Origin: an uncultured virus (IMG/VR IMGVR_UViG_3300008117_008405) | Lineage: Duplodnaviria > Heunggongvirae > Uroviricota > Caudoviricetes | Length of the DNA: 54,430 bases | Strand: one strand, 5' to 3' | Virus record (IMG/VR): IMGVR_UViG_3300008117_008405 | In this document: positions 9,117 to 19,530 of the stretch, piece by piece | Layout: each line of letters opens with the position of its first letter | How positions within the stretch are numbered: the stretch's first letter is position 1 | The notes under the pieces: generated by a model | The model's database searches: none | The model's input: only the letters and a program-made list of their open reading frames with translations | What the model was told of the DNA's origin: nothing | Made by a program: the position numbers and the translations under genes

Positions 9117-10612
9117 AATGGTGTTGTTTCATTCCAGTCTACGCCATTATTTGTGACAGTTTTATTTTGACTGCTGCTGTCTTTTAATTTTTCAGAATCA
9201 CTTGAAGCAAGTAACAGCAATTTGGCATTTGCATCTGGTGTTATAGGAGCACTTGGAGGAGTGAAGGGTGCATTGTACAATGCGGTTCCCTTGACGAATT
9301 GGAAATTTGTTATGTACCCTAGGAAATCAGAACCACCACGGGTTGATTCCGTACCTATGTACAACAAATTACTGCTGTCTGTTATATCATCGCTGTTAGC
9401 CCCGCTGTAAACTTGGGTACCGTTCACATAAGCAGTAAGAGTTCCTGAAGCTCTACAAACAGCTATGTGAGTCCAAGAGGTATAAATGCCTGAAATATTA
9501 CCGCAATCTATCAAATTTCCATTTGTCCAAAAATAAAATGTATTTTCACTTGACTCCATGCTACAAGCGATACTTGCTGATGGCCAAGCATTCACCGAAA
9601 ATACTCTTTCATTTCCACCAGTCGGGAATTGATATTGGAACCATTCGACTGTGAAATCTCCAGTACCTACAGCCCAGTCACTACTTGCAGGAACTGTCAA
9701 ATAACTATTATTGAAATGCAAGCTACCACCAAGACCTACTGGAGAGTAACCGCCTCGAATGCCGTAATATAACATTTCAAGCTGTGTTCCACCCGGATTG
9801 ATTTGACTGTAAGCATTTAATGTTTGAAGAGCTTGTTCTCCATACAATGTGAATTCATCACCATGTTTTAATTCATAAGGCCAATTTTCAATCCAAACAG
9901 TCTGGTTTTCTAGATTTCGAATAATGTTGTTCACATTTGAGTCTGGAAAATTTTGCCCTACAAATTGTAATGGATCGTAGGTTTTCACTCTGAATATAAC
10001 TTCTGGATATGGATATTGATTTGATTTTTGCCCGCTTATACTCAAATATGTAAAATAGCTTCTAGTTGGATCTTCATCTTGGTCAGCATCGAATCCAATT
10101 CTATATGGACCAGCCGGAAGAACTTCATTCAAAACTAATGAATTGATTGCAACGCCTGTTGCACTTGCTCCATCATATACTTCGTAAGAAAATGTACCCG
10201 CTGATGGATCGTAAACAATCTTACAAGTGTATGTATTTCCAATACTCAAATCTGAGCCAGCACCTTCACCATCCTGAGTTATTCCAGATATCATCGGGCT
10301 CCCGCAGTCTACCTGAAAAGCAATTCTGGTTGTACTTGTGCCCCAAGACCATTCTGGCTCAATATTTGGATTGAAAATACAAATTGAATGATCGGCGCAA
10401 TTATTTACTTGTACAAAAGTAGCTATAATCTCAGTTTTATTATCACTTGGGATATCAAAAGTTGTTCTAATAGGGTAAGAAACATCATCTGAAGTACCTG
10501 AAAACCACATTCCTGAAGAATCGAAACCGAAGTTTACATCAACGGTTGTTTTTTCAGTATTTGGGTAATAATCAAGCCAACTTGGTTTTGTTTCTAGGTT
10601 GCTGGTATACAT
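9113..10612 (-). CDS. Virion-type protein with ConA/LamG-like lectin domains
   Basis: GTGDFTVEWF, WTHIAVCRASG..YVNG, GYITNFQFVKG.A.Y...FT.P LamG-like pattern; AATAAATA upstream. Confidence 0.75.
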   Translation of the reverse strand: MYTSNLETKPSWLDYYPNTEKTTVDVNFGFDSSGMWFSGTSDDVSYPIRTTFDIPSDNKTEIIATFVQVNNCADHSICIFNPNIEPEWSWGTSTTRIAFQVDCGSPMISGITQDGEGAGSDLSIGNTYTCKIVYDPSAGTFSYEVYDGASATGVAINSLVLNEVLPAGPYRIGFDADQDEDPTRSYFTYLSISGQKSNQYPYPEVIFRVKTYDPLQFVGQNFPDSNVNNIIRNLENQTVWIENWPYELKHGDEFTLYGEQALQTLNAYSQINPGGTQLEMLYYGIRGGYSPVGLGGSLHFNNSYLTVPASSDWAVGTGDFTVEWFQYQFPTGGNERVFSVNAWPSASIACSMESSENTFYFWTNGNLIDCGNISGIYTSWTHIAVCRASGTLTAYVNGTQVYSGANSDDITDSSNLLYIGTESTRGGSDFLGYITNFQFVKGTALYNAPFTPPSAPITPDANAKLLLLASSDSEKLKDSSSQNKTVTNNGVDWNETTPF

Positions 10613-10643
10613 AATTTTCCCTTTTTATAAATCTATACTTTTT

Positions 10644-10711
10644 TATTTATTGTTAATTTGTTGTTTTTATTAAGAGGCTAAATTATAAATATGTTTATAT
10701 AATAATAAATA
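10644..10711. promoter_or_regulatory. Divergent T4-like late promoters
   Basis: AATAAATA on - strand 10644-10651; TATAAATA 10684-10691 and AATAAATA 10704-10711 on + strand, between two lectin genes. Confidence 0.5.
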
Positions 10712-10735
10712 ACATATACCTTACAAGGAGACAAT

Positions 10736-11425
10736 ATGGACGCAGAAAACGATTTAGTTGCTCAGGGCAATTTAATACATCCGAATTATTTGCAATATCA
10801 AAGTATCGGAGACACAGACATCAACTGGGTTTCCACAGACGGAGACCCATCCTCAGTAGCTGATGCAACTATTTCAGGTGATGCCAGCTTTAATAGTACT
10901 AACGAAGGGGTTTGGTTGACACCAGCCACCGATGGAACAACCGGATATCTTTATTGGCAAAAAGATTTCGATTACACTAAAAATATAATCATTTCCGCAA
11001 CAACTCGCTCTGGTGGTGGTGATGGTGGTGATGGAATTACTTTCTTCCTAGGTGGATCAGATGTTGTTTCACAGGATGGAGAAGGCCATGATTCTTTATC
11101 AATATATGTTGATGAGTTCAATTCTGATGTGGTTTTAGTTCAGAAAGACCTTGCAACTGTAGGCCCATCTGTTTCCACTCTCAAAACTCTTGATGATAAC
11201 ACCTATAATTTTTGGGAAATCGTTTATGAGTACAAAGATGCCGATTCAAGGATTCTACATGTTTTGTTGAATAAAAGATATGTATCACGAATCGATGTAG
11301 GCAGTTGGACTCCCGGTGGCAACTACATCGGAATTTCTGGATGGTGTGGTTCAGTTAACAATGTGCATAGCGTGAAAAGCTTCCAAGTAAAATCAGCAAG
11401 AGGATGGATTGCTTTAACTCAGTAA
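10736..11425 (+). CDS. L-type (legume-like) lectin domain protein
   Basis: LTPA...G, GGGDGGDGITFF, GISGWCG..NVH.V pattern; AAGGAG SD. Confidence 0.7.
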   Translation: MDAENDLVAQGNLIHPNYLQYQSIGDTDINWVSTDGDPSSVADATISGDASFNSTNEGVWLTPATDGTTGYLYWQKDFDYTKNIIISATTRSGGGDGGDGITFFLGGSDVVSQDGEGHDSLSIYVDEFNSDVVLVQKDLATVGPSVSTLKTLDDNTYNFWEIVYEYKDADSRILHVLLNKRYVSRIDVGSWTPGGNYIGISGWCGSVNNVHSVKSFQVKSARGWIALTQ

Positions 11426-11447
11426 TTCAAAATTTTATAATTACATG

Positions 11448-11485
11448 AGACCTTGTCAAAACTTTGACAAGGTCTTTATTTTTTT
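11448..11485 (+). terminator. Intrinsic terminator
   Basis: AGACCTTGTCAAA / TTTGACAAGGTCT 13-bp inverted repeat followed by a T-run. Confidence 0.75.
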
Positions 11486-11542
11486 ATGTGTTATAATTAT
11501 TCAGTTTGCAATAATTTTGCGGTTTAATAAAAGGATTGAAAA

Positions 11543-11776
11543 ATGGCTAAGAAAACTGTTATTGACGAAGATAAAACATTTAGTATGATCATGTTGGTGA
11601 TTTGTGGTTTGTTTTTGACTGTCATAATTTCTTTTTACTTTGCAGAAGTGAAAAAGACAGAATACTTAGACGATTTAATAAACAAAATGAATGACGAAAA
11701 TCAAATGATCATGAATGAAAACCAAATGTTAAGAAATGAAATTTTTGAACTGAAGAAAAAAAGGACTGGAAATTAA
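11543..11776 (+). CDS. Small membrane protein with coiled-coil tail
   Basis: One hydrophobic segment, then NENQM repeats; AAGGA SD. Confidence 0.65.
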   Translation: MAKKTVIDEDKTFSMIMLVICGLFLTVIISFYFAEVKKTEYLDDLINKMNDENQMIMNENQMLRNEIFELKKKRTGN

Positions 11777-11779
11777 TTC

Positions 11780-12004
11780 ATGAAACTATGTCATCGAACG
11801 AATTCCATAAGTGTGGTGCGATGTTGGGCCAATAATTCAAATGGATCAAAATTGTACAGCACTATTTCTCCTTCCAGTTTTTTTGTCACAAATGTAGTCA
11901 ATTCATTTCTGTGGAACCTATCTGGAAATCTTTTTAAAAGAGGCGCTTTTAGTTTTTTGTTTGATGGCATGTTATGTTCTCACAACTGGTCAAGGAAAAT
12001 TTAA
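11780..12004 (+). CDS. Small Ser/Phe-rich hypothetical protein
   Basis: 74-aa ORF packed between neighbours. Confidence 0.4.
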   Translation: MKLCHRTNSISVVRCWANNSNGSKLYSTISPSSFFVTNVVNSFLWNLSGNLFKRGAFSFLFDGMLCSHNWSRKI

Positions 12005-12929
12005 AGTGAATCCAATCCTAGAATTGTGTCAGTTGTTTTGCAAAAAAGGCAAAACAAAATTTGCAATCAAATTATTAGACGAGTTATCAGAAATTCTGAT
12101 AGACCCACATCAAGGATTTATTTTGGGTTCGTGTTATCAAGAGATAGCAGAGTTTCAAAAAGCTATTGATGTTTTTGAAAGTTGTGTTGAGTACTTGCAC
12201 TCTAAGGATCAAGCATACAGACAACTTAGCATTTGCTACGCTAATTTGTTACAAATTGAAAAAGCACAAAAGTATTTAGATATGTGCTTCGATGTAGAAA
12301 ACCAATTGATTGCCAAGGCAAACTTAAAACGGATCAAGGATGAAATAGAGCACTTAGGGTCGAATCATGGCTTTTGGTCAACTCATGAAAACCATATTCA
12401 TAGTCCCAACCTTGCTAGATTCATTTCTTCATTGTTGACTAAAGACAGAAATATATATGACTTTGGTTGCGGTGATGGATTTTATTTATCAACTTTACAA
12501 GAGTCTGGATTTGATAAACTCACAGGCTTTGAGGGGAGCCCATCAACCAGTCCTAAATTCAGCAACATCCACAAGCAAGACCTAGCTGAATTGTTTAGTG
12601 TGCCAGAAAAAGGTCATGTAATCTGTCTTGAAGTAGCGGAGCATATTCCAAGGGAATATGAAAACATTCTTATTTCAAATATAACTAATGCATGTCATGG
12701 ATATCTTATATTTAGTTGGGCAGTAAGGGGCCAAGGTGGAACTTGCCATGTAAATTGCAGAAACAATGACGAAGTTCTTGAAATGTTCTCCTCTCAAGGG
12801 TTTATTTTTTGTAAAGAGCTTACTACAAAAGCAAGGCTTCTTATCGAAGATCATTGTGACTGGTTCAGAGATACTATATTAATATTTTCAACTCATCAAG
12901 AGGAGGAAAATGCCATACATAAAAATTAA
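11961..12929 (+). CDS. TPR + class I SAM-dependent methyltransferase
   Basis: N-terminal TPR-like helices; YDFGCGDG, ICLEVAEHIP, GQGG..HVN; start uncertain. Confidence 0.8.
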   Translation: MMACYVLTTGQGKFKVNPILELCQLFCKKGKTKFAIKLLDELSEILIDPHQGFILGSCYQEIAEFQKAIDVFESCVEYLHSKDQAYRQLSICYANLLQIEKAQKYLDMCFDVENQLIAKANLKRIKDEIEHLGSNHGFWSTHENHIHSPNLARFISSLLTKDRNIYDFGCGDGFYLSTLQESGFDKLTGFEGSPSTSPKFSNIHKQDLAELFSVPEKGHVICLEVAEHIPREYENILISNITNACHGYLIFSWAVRGQGGTCHVNCRNNDEVLEMFSSQGFIFCKELTTKARLLIEDHCDWFRDTILIFSTHQEEENAIHKN

Positions 12930-13137
12930 TAATTATGTTGTAGTTAAACATAAAAATAATACTGGAGACTTTTATGCCGTGCATGCAATAACTTCGGCAT
13001 TTGATGAACCGTTGACTTATTGTCAAGAACCTGTTAAGTTAGAAGCCGATACTTTGGCTGATCTGCAATCAAAAGTTTTTCAAGTAAGCAAGAGTGTTTT
13101 GGCAAATAAGCTAGTAGTTTCTGATTCAGAAAAATGA
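12910..13137 (+). CDS. Hypothetical protein
   Basis: GAGGAGG SD; 75 aa. Confidence 0.65.
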   Translation: MPYIKINNYVVVKHKNNTGDFYAVHAITSAFDEPLTYCQEPVKLEADTLADLQSKVFQVSKSVLANKLVVSDSEK

Positions 13138-13165
13138 TTTGACTTAGGCTTTTGGAGATCAAGTC

Positions 13166-14251
13166 ATTTTTACTCTTGAAAAAGCATGGCAAGCATTAGA
13201 AGGCAGAAAAGAATTTGCCATCGTTGAAACTTATAACACTATAACTATTGATTATATTGTAATATCAGATGATACATTCTCCGATGATGAGTTTGGTCGT
13301 ATTCGAAGAAACTTTCGAGGAGTTGTTTTCAACAAGAAGACAGGAGAAATAATCAGTCTTCCGTTTCACAAGTTTTTTAATCTCAATCAGACAGTAGAAA
13401 CTCAATTCCATTTGCACAAACACAAAAAAGCGTATGTTTTTGAAAAACTTGATGGGAGCATGATTCATTTTTTCAGGATGCCTGACGGTAGCGTCACATG
13501 CTCAACATGTCGGTCAACAAACTCTATTCAGGCAAAACAAGCAAAAGAATTTGCATTCAACAATGCTTATCTATTGAATAAGATTGTGCAAAGCATAGAT
13601 TATGGGTTTACTCCAATTTTTGAATGGGTAGCCCCGCATAATCAAATAGTGTGCCATTATAAAAATCCGAGACTTGTTTACCTCAATTCTAGGAATAGAT
13701 CAACCGGAGATTATTTTTTTGAGGAGAAGTATGCAGACAAAGCTGTGCGGTATGACATAGAATTTTCGGATATTCTGAATCACATAAACGGAACTGAAAT
13801 GGAAGGTTATGTTTGTCATTTAAGCTGTGGGACTATACTGAAGGTAAAAACACCATGGTATTTAACTAGGCATCGTGCTGTTGACATAATGATGAGCCCT
13901 AAGTACAAGGTTATGGACTTAGCATTACAGGGTTGTCTGGATGATGTAATTTCAAATGCTCCTGATATGCATAAGCAGGTTTTGATGGATATTGATTCTG
14001 TTGTAAAAAATGATGTAGTAGAGTTTCATGCTGCATTAATTGAAGAGTATAGTTATTTGACAAGAAATCTGGAAATGAACGATACTGCATCCTGTAAAAA
14101 ACAAGTTGCATCAGCATGTCAAGCAAGCCCAAATTTTCCGGCTATGATGATGTTGTATCAAAATAAAGATACAAAAAGTTTCGTGAGTAAAAAATTATAT
14201 GAAAAATATAAATCTTTGTACCCCAATAAACTGTTAAATTCTGAAACATGA
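13166..14251 (+). CDS. T4 Rnl1-like RNA ligase, probable ATT start
   Basis: Frame open from 13148; RG.VF...II.LPFHKFFNLNQ lies upstream of the listed start; EKLDGS, FEW, EGYV, KVKTPWY; GGAG 13154-13157 then ATT 13166. Confidence 0.85.
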   Translation: MFTLEKAWQALEGRKEFAIVETYNTITIDYIVISDDTFSDDEFGRIRRNFRGVVFNKKTGEIISLPFHKFFNLNQTVETQFHLHKHKKAYVFEKLDGSMIHFFRMPDGSVTCSTCRSTNSIQAKQAKEFAFNNAYLLNKIVQSIDYGFTPIFEWVAPHNQIVCHYKNPRLVYLNSRNRSTGDYFFEEKYADKAVRYDIEFSDILNHINGTEMEGYVCHLSCGTILKVKTPWYLTRHRAVDIMMSPKYKVMDLALQGCLDDVISNAPDMHKQVLMDIDSVVKNDVVEFHAALIEEYSYLTRNLEMNDTASCKKQVASACQASPNFPAMMMLYQNKDTKSFVSKKLYEKYKSLYPNKLLNSET

Positions 14252-14352
14252 TCAACATTAATCTCAGTTTTGAGGCAAAATGTTTGATTTTATCAATAAT
14301 TTTCGGCATAATTTTAGGATTGACAATAGCTACAGTAGTGGTGGCTTTCTGA
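14248..14352 (+). CDS. 34-aa membrane peptide
   Basis: ATGA overlap with the ligase stop; MININLSFEAKCLILSIIFGIILGLTIATVVVAF. Confidence 0.5.
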   Translation: MININLSFEAKCLILSIIFGIILGLTIATVVVAF

Positions 14353-14361
14353 TGGGGATTT

Positions 14362-14469
14362 ATGGAAGTAATAAAAAATTTTTTGTCTCAACCCTCTGTT
14401 GCTATGTTAGGGTTTTGTTTATGTTGGATAACTATTTTTATAATCCATTTGATTAAAGACAATCGTTGA
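14362..14469 (+). CDS. 35-aa membrane peptide
   Basis: MEVIKNFLSQPSVAMLGFCLCWITIFIIHLIKDNR; GGGG upstream; ends just before the next ATG. Confidence 0.45.
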   Translation: MEVIKNFLSQPSVAMLGFCLCWITIFIIHLIKDNR

Positions 14470-14470
14470 T

Positions 14471-15844
14471 ATGTTAAGATTGTTACCAGAAATAGACATT
14501 TTTGTGTTGGGCCATGAGAAATGTCAGATAGACAAAATTCCTAGTAAACCATTTTTACATAAAATAAATTTAAATCAATTAGAACTACCGATAAAAAATA
14601 CAAATGATCTAGCAGAAAATAGATTCTTTTTACTTAAAAAAGAACAGTTTAATAATTGCAAAGATTACATAGGCGTTTTGACATCAAATTTTGATACGAA
14701 GTATCCAAATTTACTAAGTCTTGAAAATTTTGATCAAATAAGAGAGAAATTAAAGCATGATACTGTTTATGCAGCCAGCCCAACAGAAACATTCTATGAG
14801 GGGAAGTGGTTAAAATATACTTACAAGTATCATCTCACTATACAAAAATATATTGAGGATATGGCAAAACAATTCCATTTATCTTTAGAGGAAAATCCCA
14901 CTTTATGGGCAAATAATTTTATTTGTCACAAAAGTATCTTCTTCAAATTTTTGGAATTTTTCCAAAAAGTTTTTTCTTACATGCATCAGAAGTATGAATA
15001 CAGTTATCAAATGAAAGTTGATGATCCGTCAAGGACTGCTGCGTATGTTTATGAGCGGATTAGTATGTTATATTTTTCTAATAGAAAAGATTTAAAAATT
15101 TATAAAATACCAAATAAAAAACCATTTTCCTTAGACTGTGTGAATTGGATTTCTTTGGCATCTGAGAACTATAAAATTTTAAGTAAAGGATGCATCGATG
15201 ATTTGATAAAACTTGGTGTAAGTAATGAAAATATAACTCATAAAAATATACCTTTGCCAGACTACATGAAAGGTGAAATTAGATTTGGGAGTGATATATG
15301 GCATCATTCCATAAAAAACAAAATTGAATTAATAATCGAAATATTAAAGAAAAACTCTACAAACGAGAGATACGATTATTTTATTTGTCATGATTGTGAT
15401 GTTCAATTTTTTCCTGAAAGGCTATCTGTTTGGGAAGAGCTTTTTGAATATGTGGACTCCACTAATTATGATTTTTATTTCCAACCAGAAATTGTGTATG
15501 AAAATTATGAGTTGTGTGCTGGGTTTTATATAATAAAAAAAAGCAGAATACAAAAAGCTATCTATTTTTTGAATTTAGTATTAGAAAATCTTAAAAACAC
15601 ACCCCAAGAGCAATTAGAGTTTGCGGATCAATCTGTTATCAAAAACCTTCAGCATAAAACAAAATTTGTGTTACTCCATGAAAAATATTGTGCTTTTGCG
15701 GGTCGATTTAACGAAGAATATAAAAGCACTTATTTGTTTCACCACGCTATAGCAGCAAAAACAATTGCTGAAAAATTATCGCAGATGCGTAAGATGAAAA
15801 AGCTTATGCAGGAAAATAAGAGTAGTTTTTCGATCAGCAAATAA
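14471..15844 (+). CDS. Two-domain glycosyltransferase-like protein
   Basis: N-half NNFICHK...R...Y.YER; C-half DCDVQFF, CAGFY, DQ, HHA (nucleotide-diphospho-sugar transferase-like). Confidence 0.65.
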   Translation: MLRLLPEIDIFVLGHEKCQIDKIPSKPFLHKINLNQLELPIKNTNDLAENRFFLLKKEQFNNCKDYIGVLTSNFDTKYPNLLSLENFDQIREKLKHDTVYAASPTETFYEGKWLKYTYKYHLTIQKYIEDMAKQFHLSLEENPTLWANNFICHKSIFFKFLEFFQKVFSYMHQKYEYSYQMKVDDPSRTAAYVYERISMLYFSNRKDLKIYKIPNKKPFSLDCVNWISLASENYKILSKGCIDDLIKLGVSNENITHKNIPLPDYMKGEIRFGSDIWHHSIKNKIELIIEILKKNSTNERYDYFICHDCDVQFFPERLSVWEELFEYVDSTNYDFYFQPEIVYENYELCAGFYIIKKSRIQKAIYFLNLVLENLKNTPQEQLEFADQSVIKNLQHKTKFVLLHEKYCAFAGRFNEEYKSTYLFHHAIAAKTIAEKLSQMRKMKKLMQENKSSFSISK

Positions 15845-16628
15845 TTTTATATTTTTCTGGTATTTGTACACACTTGCAAATATTTTCAGTAAAAAATGAA
15901 ACAAATTGTTCTTTTTTTTCTATTCTATTTTGCCATCCTTTTTTTAATGTAAGTGTTTCTGGATGGAAATTGCCTTCAAGTAATGTTTTTTGATTTCGTG
16001 CATAAAGAACATCGTAATCGATCATTTTGAGATGAATCAACATAAGTTGAGTGTCAATCGTAGGATATGTTTCATCAAAATTATGCATACTATTCCAATA
16101 ATCTATTGGCTCTTTTATAAAAACTGGTTTCCTGAAGTAATTGTTATCCCACCACAGTTTTCTTTGTTTTAATAATGGCAAGTCAGGATTCAATGCGCTC
16201 TCATTATTTTGAATATCATGTATTGGTTCATAACCCAAACAACGAATTACTTTTTGTGGCCACTTAAAGTATTTTTTTGCTGCCTGAATTAAGCCGTTTG
16301 GGTGATATAAAATTTCATCACATTCGGCCAGATACACAGAGTAATATTGATCGAGTAAAATACTCATCAGCCTCGTAAGCTCTTGATTAATTGCTGTGAA
16401 GTCGTGGTTAAATTTTGTATTGAAAACAAAATTATTGAAAAGAAATTTTTTTCTGTAGTTGTATATGAAGCTATTTTCGCAATTATTTTCGACAACGAAA
16501 ATATCTTCGGGATTAAATATTTTAGTGTAATATTTTAAAAATATTGGAAAGAAAAAATGCTCGTCATGGACATATGTCAATAAACAACAGGATTTTTTCA
16601 TGGGCTTGTATAAATTTACTCTTTCCAT
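15834..16628 (-). CDS. Glycosyltransferase family 2-like protein
   Basis: DEHFFFPIFLKYY, ECDEIL, KP, H..D, L.HLK. Confidence 0.6.
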   Translation of the reverse strand: MERVNLYKPMKKSCCLLTYVHDEHFFFPIFLKYYTKIFNPEDIFVVENNCENSFIYNYRKKFLFNNFVFNTKFNHDFTAINQELTRLMSILLDQYYSVYLAECDEILYHPNGLIQAAKKYFKWPQKVIRCLGYEPIHDIQNNESALNPDLPLLKQRKLWWDNNYFRKPVFIKEPIDYWNSMHNFDETYPTIDTQLMLIHLKMIDYDVLYARNQKTLLEGNFHPETLTLKKGWQNRIEKKEQFVSFFTENICKCVQIPEKYKIIC

Positions 16629-16654
16629 TATAATCCTATGAAAATGAGGCGTAT

Positions 16655-16879
16655 ATGAAAACAGAAAAAACTTTCAACATCTTAATGTTTTGTTTAGAAA
16701 TGATGAAAAGAGCGTTTTGTTTCTTCTTTATTTTGTCTGCTTTAAATATAGGTAAAATTTTGATATACTATGATCAATATCATCTACAAGTTCCACATTA
16801 TATGGGTGTATTTTTGATTTCATTGGTTTTTTTGCTAATAATAAATTTATTACAATCAGGAATGAGAAGTGATGTATGA
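16655..16879 (+). CDS. Small two-TM membrane protein
   Basis: Two hydrophobic segments; GAGG SD. Confidence 0.55.
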   Translation: MKTEKTFNILMFCLEMMKRAFCFFFILSALNIGKILIYYDQYHLQVPHYMGVFLISLVFLLIINLLQSGMRSDV

Positions 16880-17952
16880 TCGTGATATTTAATGTTAAAG
16901 TTAGCAACCTTAGATTTTTCGTTCATCAAAGGCCTAACTTATCTGATTTTTGTAGAGCAGATATATTCAAGTATTCTATAGCTAGTCATGCAATTTTAAA
17001 CAAGCATGTATCAAGATACATATTTTTCATTCAATTAGATAATGATTTAGAAAATAAAAAAGATGAAATCAAACAATTCATTCAGCAGAATATCGATGTA
17101 TCGAAGACGGACCTAATGTGGCACCGAAATAACACAATTACAGACTGGAAAAATCATAGTGCCCTATGGAATAATTTAGATGATGAAATAATATGGTTTG
17201 CAGGTAACGATGATCATATATTTTTTGATTACAACTTAGAGTTAGTCGAAACAGCAACTAAGTTGCTTGAAGAAGAAAGTAATAATTTTGCTGCTGTATA
17301 TTTTTCGCATTGGCCAGAAGCAATTCGCATGGCATTTCACTATCATGGTAAAATTCATCAAAACAAAAATTTTGTTTTTTTTAATTGGGAGAATCACGAT
17401 TCAATTCGGATTGTGACTAAAAAACTATTTAATTATTATTGGTTTGGCACAAAAGCCGATACGGCATGTGTAGATTTTTATAGAACAGATGCATTTAACT
17501 TTTCCGATGAGGGTAAATTTCCCATCAAAACATTCGTGCCAACCAGAGAGATGTGCAGGCATTTTGATGGATATAGTCATGTCGGTGGTTTATACGATTT
17601 TTTCCCCCCACTAGAAATACCAAGAGGTTTTTTTGAATCTCAAATGATAGTCAACTATGGTTTTGAAGAGATTGACAGAAATGTGACCAACATAAATCCA
17701 AGAGCAATTTCATTCAAGACAACAAATTTAGAGTCAGGCCATGACATGTGGACTATTCTTGATCGCTTGCCGTTATTCTGGAAAAACAGAATTTCAAAAA
17801 TAAACTCAAATCTTGAAAATGATTATAAATTCAAATCATGTTACAAAAATCGTTATATACAAAGCCTTAAAGAGAGAGTGGATTGTCATTTTACCCGTTT
17901 CGATACTACCTATCACCCACCTGAAGAGTGGATTTTAAAACATCTTGATTAA
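16876..17952 (+). CDS. Hypothetical protein, possible GT-A fold
   Basis: WFAGNDDHIFFD, SHWPE, RHFDGYSH. Confidence 0.5.
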   Translation: MIVIFNVKVSNLRFFVHQRPNLSDFCRADIFKYSIASHAILNKHVSRYIFFIQLDNDLENKKDEIKQFIQQNIDVSKTDLMWHRNNTITDWKNHSALWNNLDDEIIWFAGNDDHIFFDYNLELVETATKLLEEESNNFAAVYFSHWPEAIRMAFHYHGKIHQNKNFVFFNWENHDSIRIVTKKLFNYYWFGTKADTACVDFYRTDAFNFSDEGKFPIKTFVPTREMCRHFDGYSHVGGLYDFFPPLEIPRGFFESQMIVNYGFEEIDRNVTNINPRAISFKTTNLESGHDMWTILDRLPLFWKNRISKINSNLENDYKFKSCYKNRYIQSLKERVDCHFTRFDTTYHPPEEWILKHLD

Positions 17953-17964
17953 AATATATAGTTC

Positions 17965-19530
17965 ATGACAAAACTAGTAATACTTGCAGCTGGATTCGGT
18001 TCAAGAATGGGCTTATTAGGAGATTCGTTTAACAAGGCTTTGTTGCCTATACAGGGGAAGGCTGTAATCTCACATATAATAGAAAATGCTCCTGTTGATC
18101 ATATAATAATTGCTATTGGATATAGAGGGCAACAAATTAAGGATTATTGTTCAATATTTCATCAAAAAAACAATATTACATTTATTGAGGTAGACAATTA
18201 TGACGGCCCCGGTGCAGGCCCCGGATACAGCATGTTTTGTTGCAAGGCAGAGTTAAATTGTCCTTTCTATCTGGTGACAGTCGATTCTTTACTGACGCAA
18301 AAACTACCAGCAATAGATTGCAACTGGATTGGATCAGGAGATGTAGATGACATGAGACACTATTCAACCTTGAAAGTAGATGAAAATGACATCGTGGTTG
18401 ATTTTCAAAACAAAAATGAAAACAGTTTGCCTTTGGCTTTCACAGGTGTAATCGCAGTAAAGGATTATGATTTATTTTGGAAAAGGTACGAACAATATTT
18501 AAATGAAAAACCGGATAAAGAAATTGAATTTGTTGGGGCATTTTACAGACCTTTCTTTGCACCAATTAAGAACAAGAAAATAGCTTGGAAAGATGTTGGA
18601 AGAAGAACCTTGTACATGAGTGTTTACGAATCTTTAGATGGTGTTGATGATTATGATTTAAAAAAAGTTGATCACGATGAATTGACATACATTTACGATG
18701 GCAAAGTAGCAAAACTTTCCATGCCAAAAATTATTACTCAAAAAAAATTAAGACAAAGAATTTTACATGACTTTACACCTGAGCCCATTCATGACAATCT
18801 TCACAACTTATTAGTTCATAACTTTATCTGTGGGAAAAACTTATACCAAATTGGAGATGCAGAAGTTTATCATAAGTTTTTAAAATGGGCTGATGATAAT
18901 TTATTCTGTAAAACAATTGAATGTAACAAAGGATTCAAAGAAGCTTGTGAAAAATTTTATAAACAGAAAACTTATGAAAGAATAGCTGCATTTTACAAAA
19001 GATTTCCAGAGTTCAATTCTGAATTGATTATTGCGAGCACCACATGTGGAAACGCATTCGATTATTTCAATAAGATTGATTGGAATTTTATCTGTGAAGA
19101 ATCAAAGGCCTATATTTTTCATGGTGATTTAAATTTTGGAAATATAATTCTTCAGACTAACGGAGATTTCAAACTAATTGACTGGAGATCAGATTTTGCT
19201 GGATTACCTTATGGAGATTTGTATTATGATTTTGCAAAACTTTATGCTGGATGTTTGATTAACTTTTATAAATGTTGTTACGATAAAAGATATTTTTATA
19301 AAAAACAAAGCAAAGAATATGATGTCAATTGGTTTTCGACTGCTGATGAACAAATATTTATTCACCATTTCAGAAACTGGCTGGTAAAAAACAATTTCTC
19401 GCTTGATAAAGTAGAATTATTGTCTTATTTAATTTTATTAAACATGGCCCCGTTACATCTTGAAAATTTTTCCAAATATCTGTATCTTCAAGGTATCAGG
19501 TACTTGGAGATTCATTTCCAAAAAAAATGA
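17965..19530 (+). CDS. Sugar nucleotidyltransferase fused to APH/choline kinase-like phosphotransferase
   Basis: ILAAGFGSRM...NKALLP; C-terminal HGDLNFGN, LIDWR, YYDFAKL. Confidence 0.85.
   Translation: MTKLVILAAGFGSRMGLLGDSFNKALLPIQGKAVISHIIENAPVDHIIIAIGYRGQQIKDYCSIFHQKNNITFIEVDNYDGPGAGPGYSMFCCKAELNCPFYLVTVDSLLTQKLPAIDCNWIGSGDVDDMRHYSTLKVDENDIVVDFQNKNENSLPLAFTGVIAVKDYDLFWKRYEQYLNEKPDKEIEFVGAFYRPFFAPIKNKKIAWKDVGRRTLYMSVYESLDGVDDYDLKKVDHDELTYIYDGKVAKLSMPKIITQKKLRQRILHDFTPEPIHDNLHNLLVHNFICGKNLYQIGDAEVYHKFLKWADDNLFCKTIECNKGFKEACEKFYKQKTYERIAAFYKRFPEFNSELIIASTTCGNAFDYFNKIDWNFICEESKAYIFHGDLNFGNIILQTNGDFKLIDWRSDFAGLPYGDLYYDFAKLYAGCLINFYKCCYDKRYFYKKQSKEYDVNWFSTADEQIFIHHFRNWLVKNNFSLDKVELLSYLILLNMAPLHLENFSKYLYLQGIRYLEIHFQKK

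Noticed and set aside
11464..11497. TTGACA...TATAAT sigma70 promoter
   Set aside because: Spacing is 22 nt and TTGACA is part of a terminator stem
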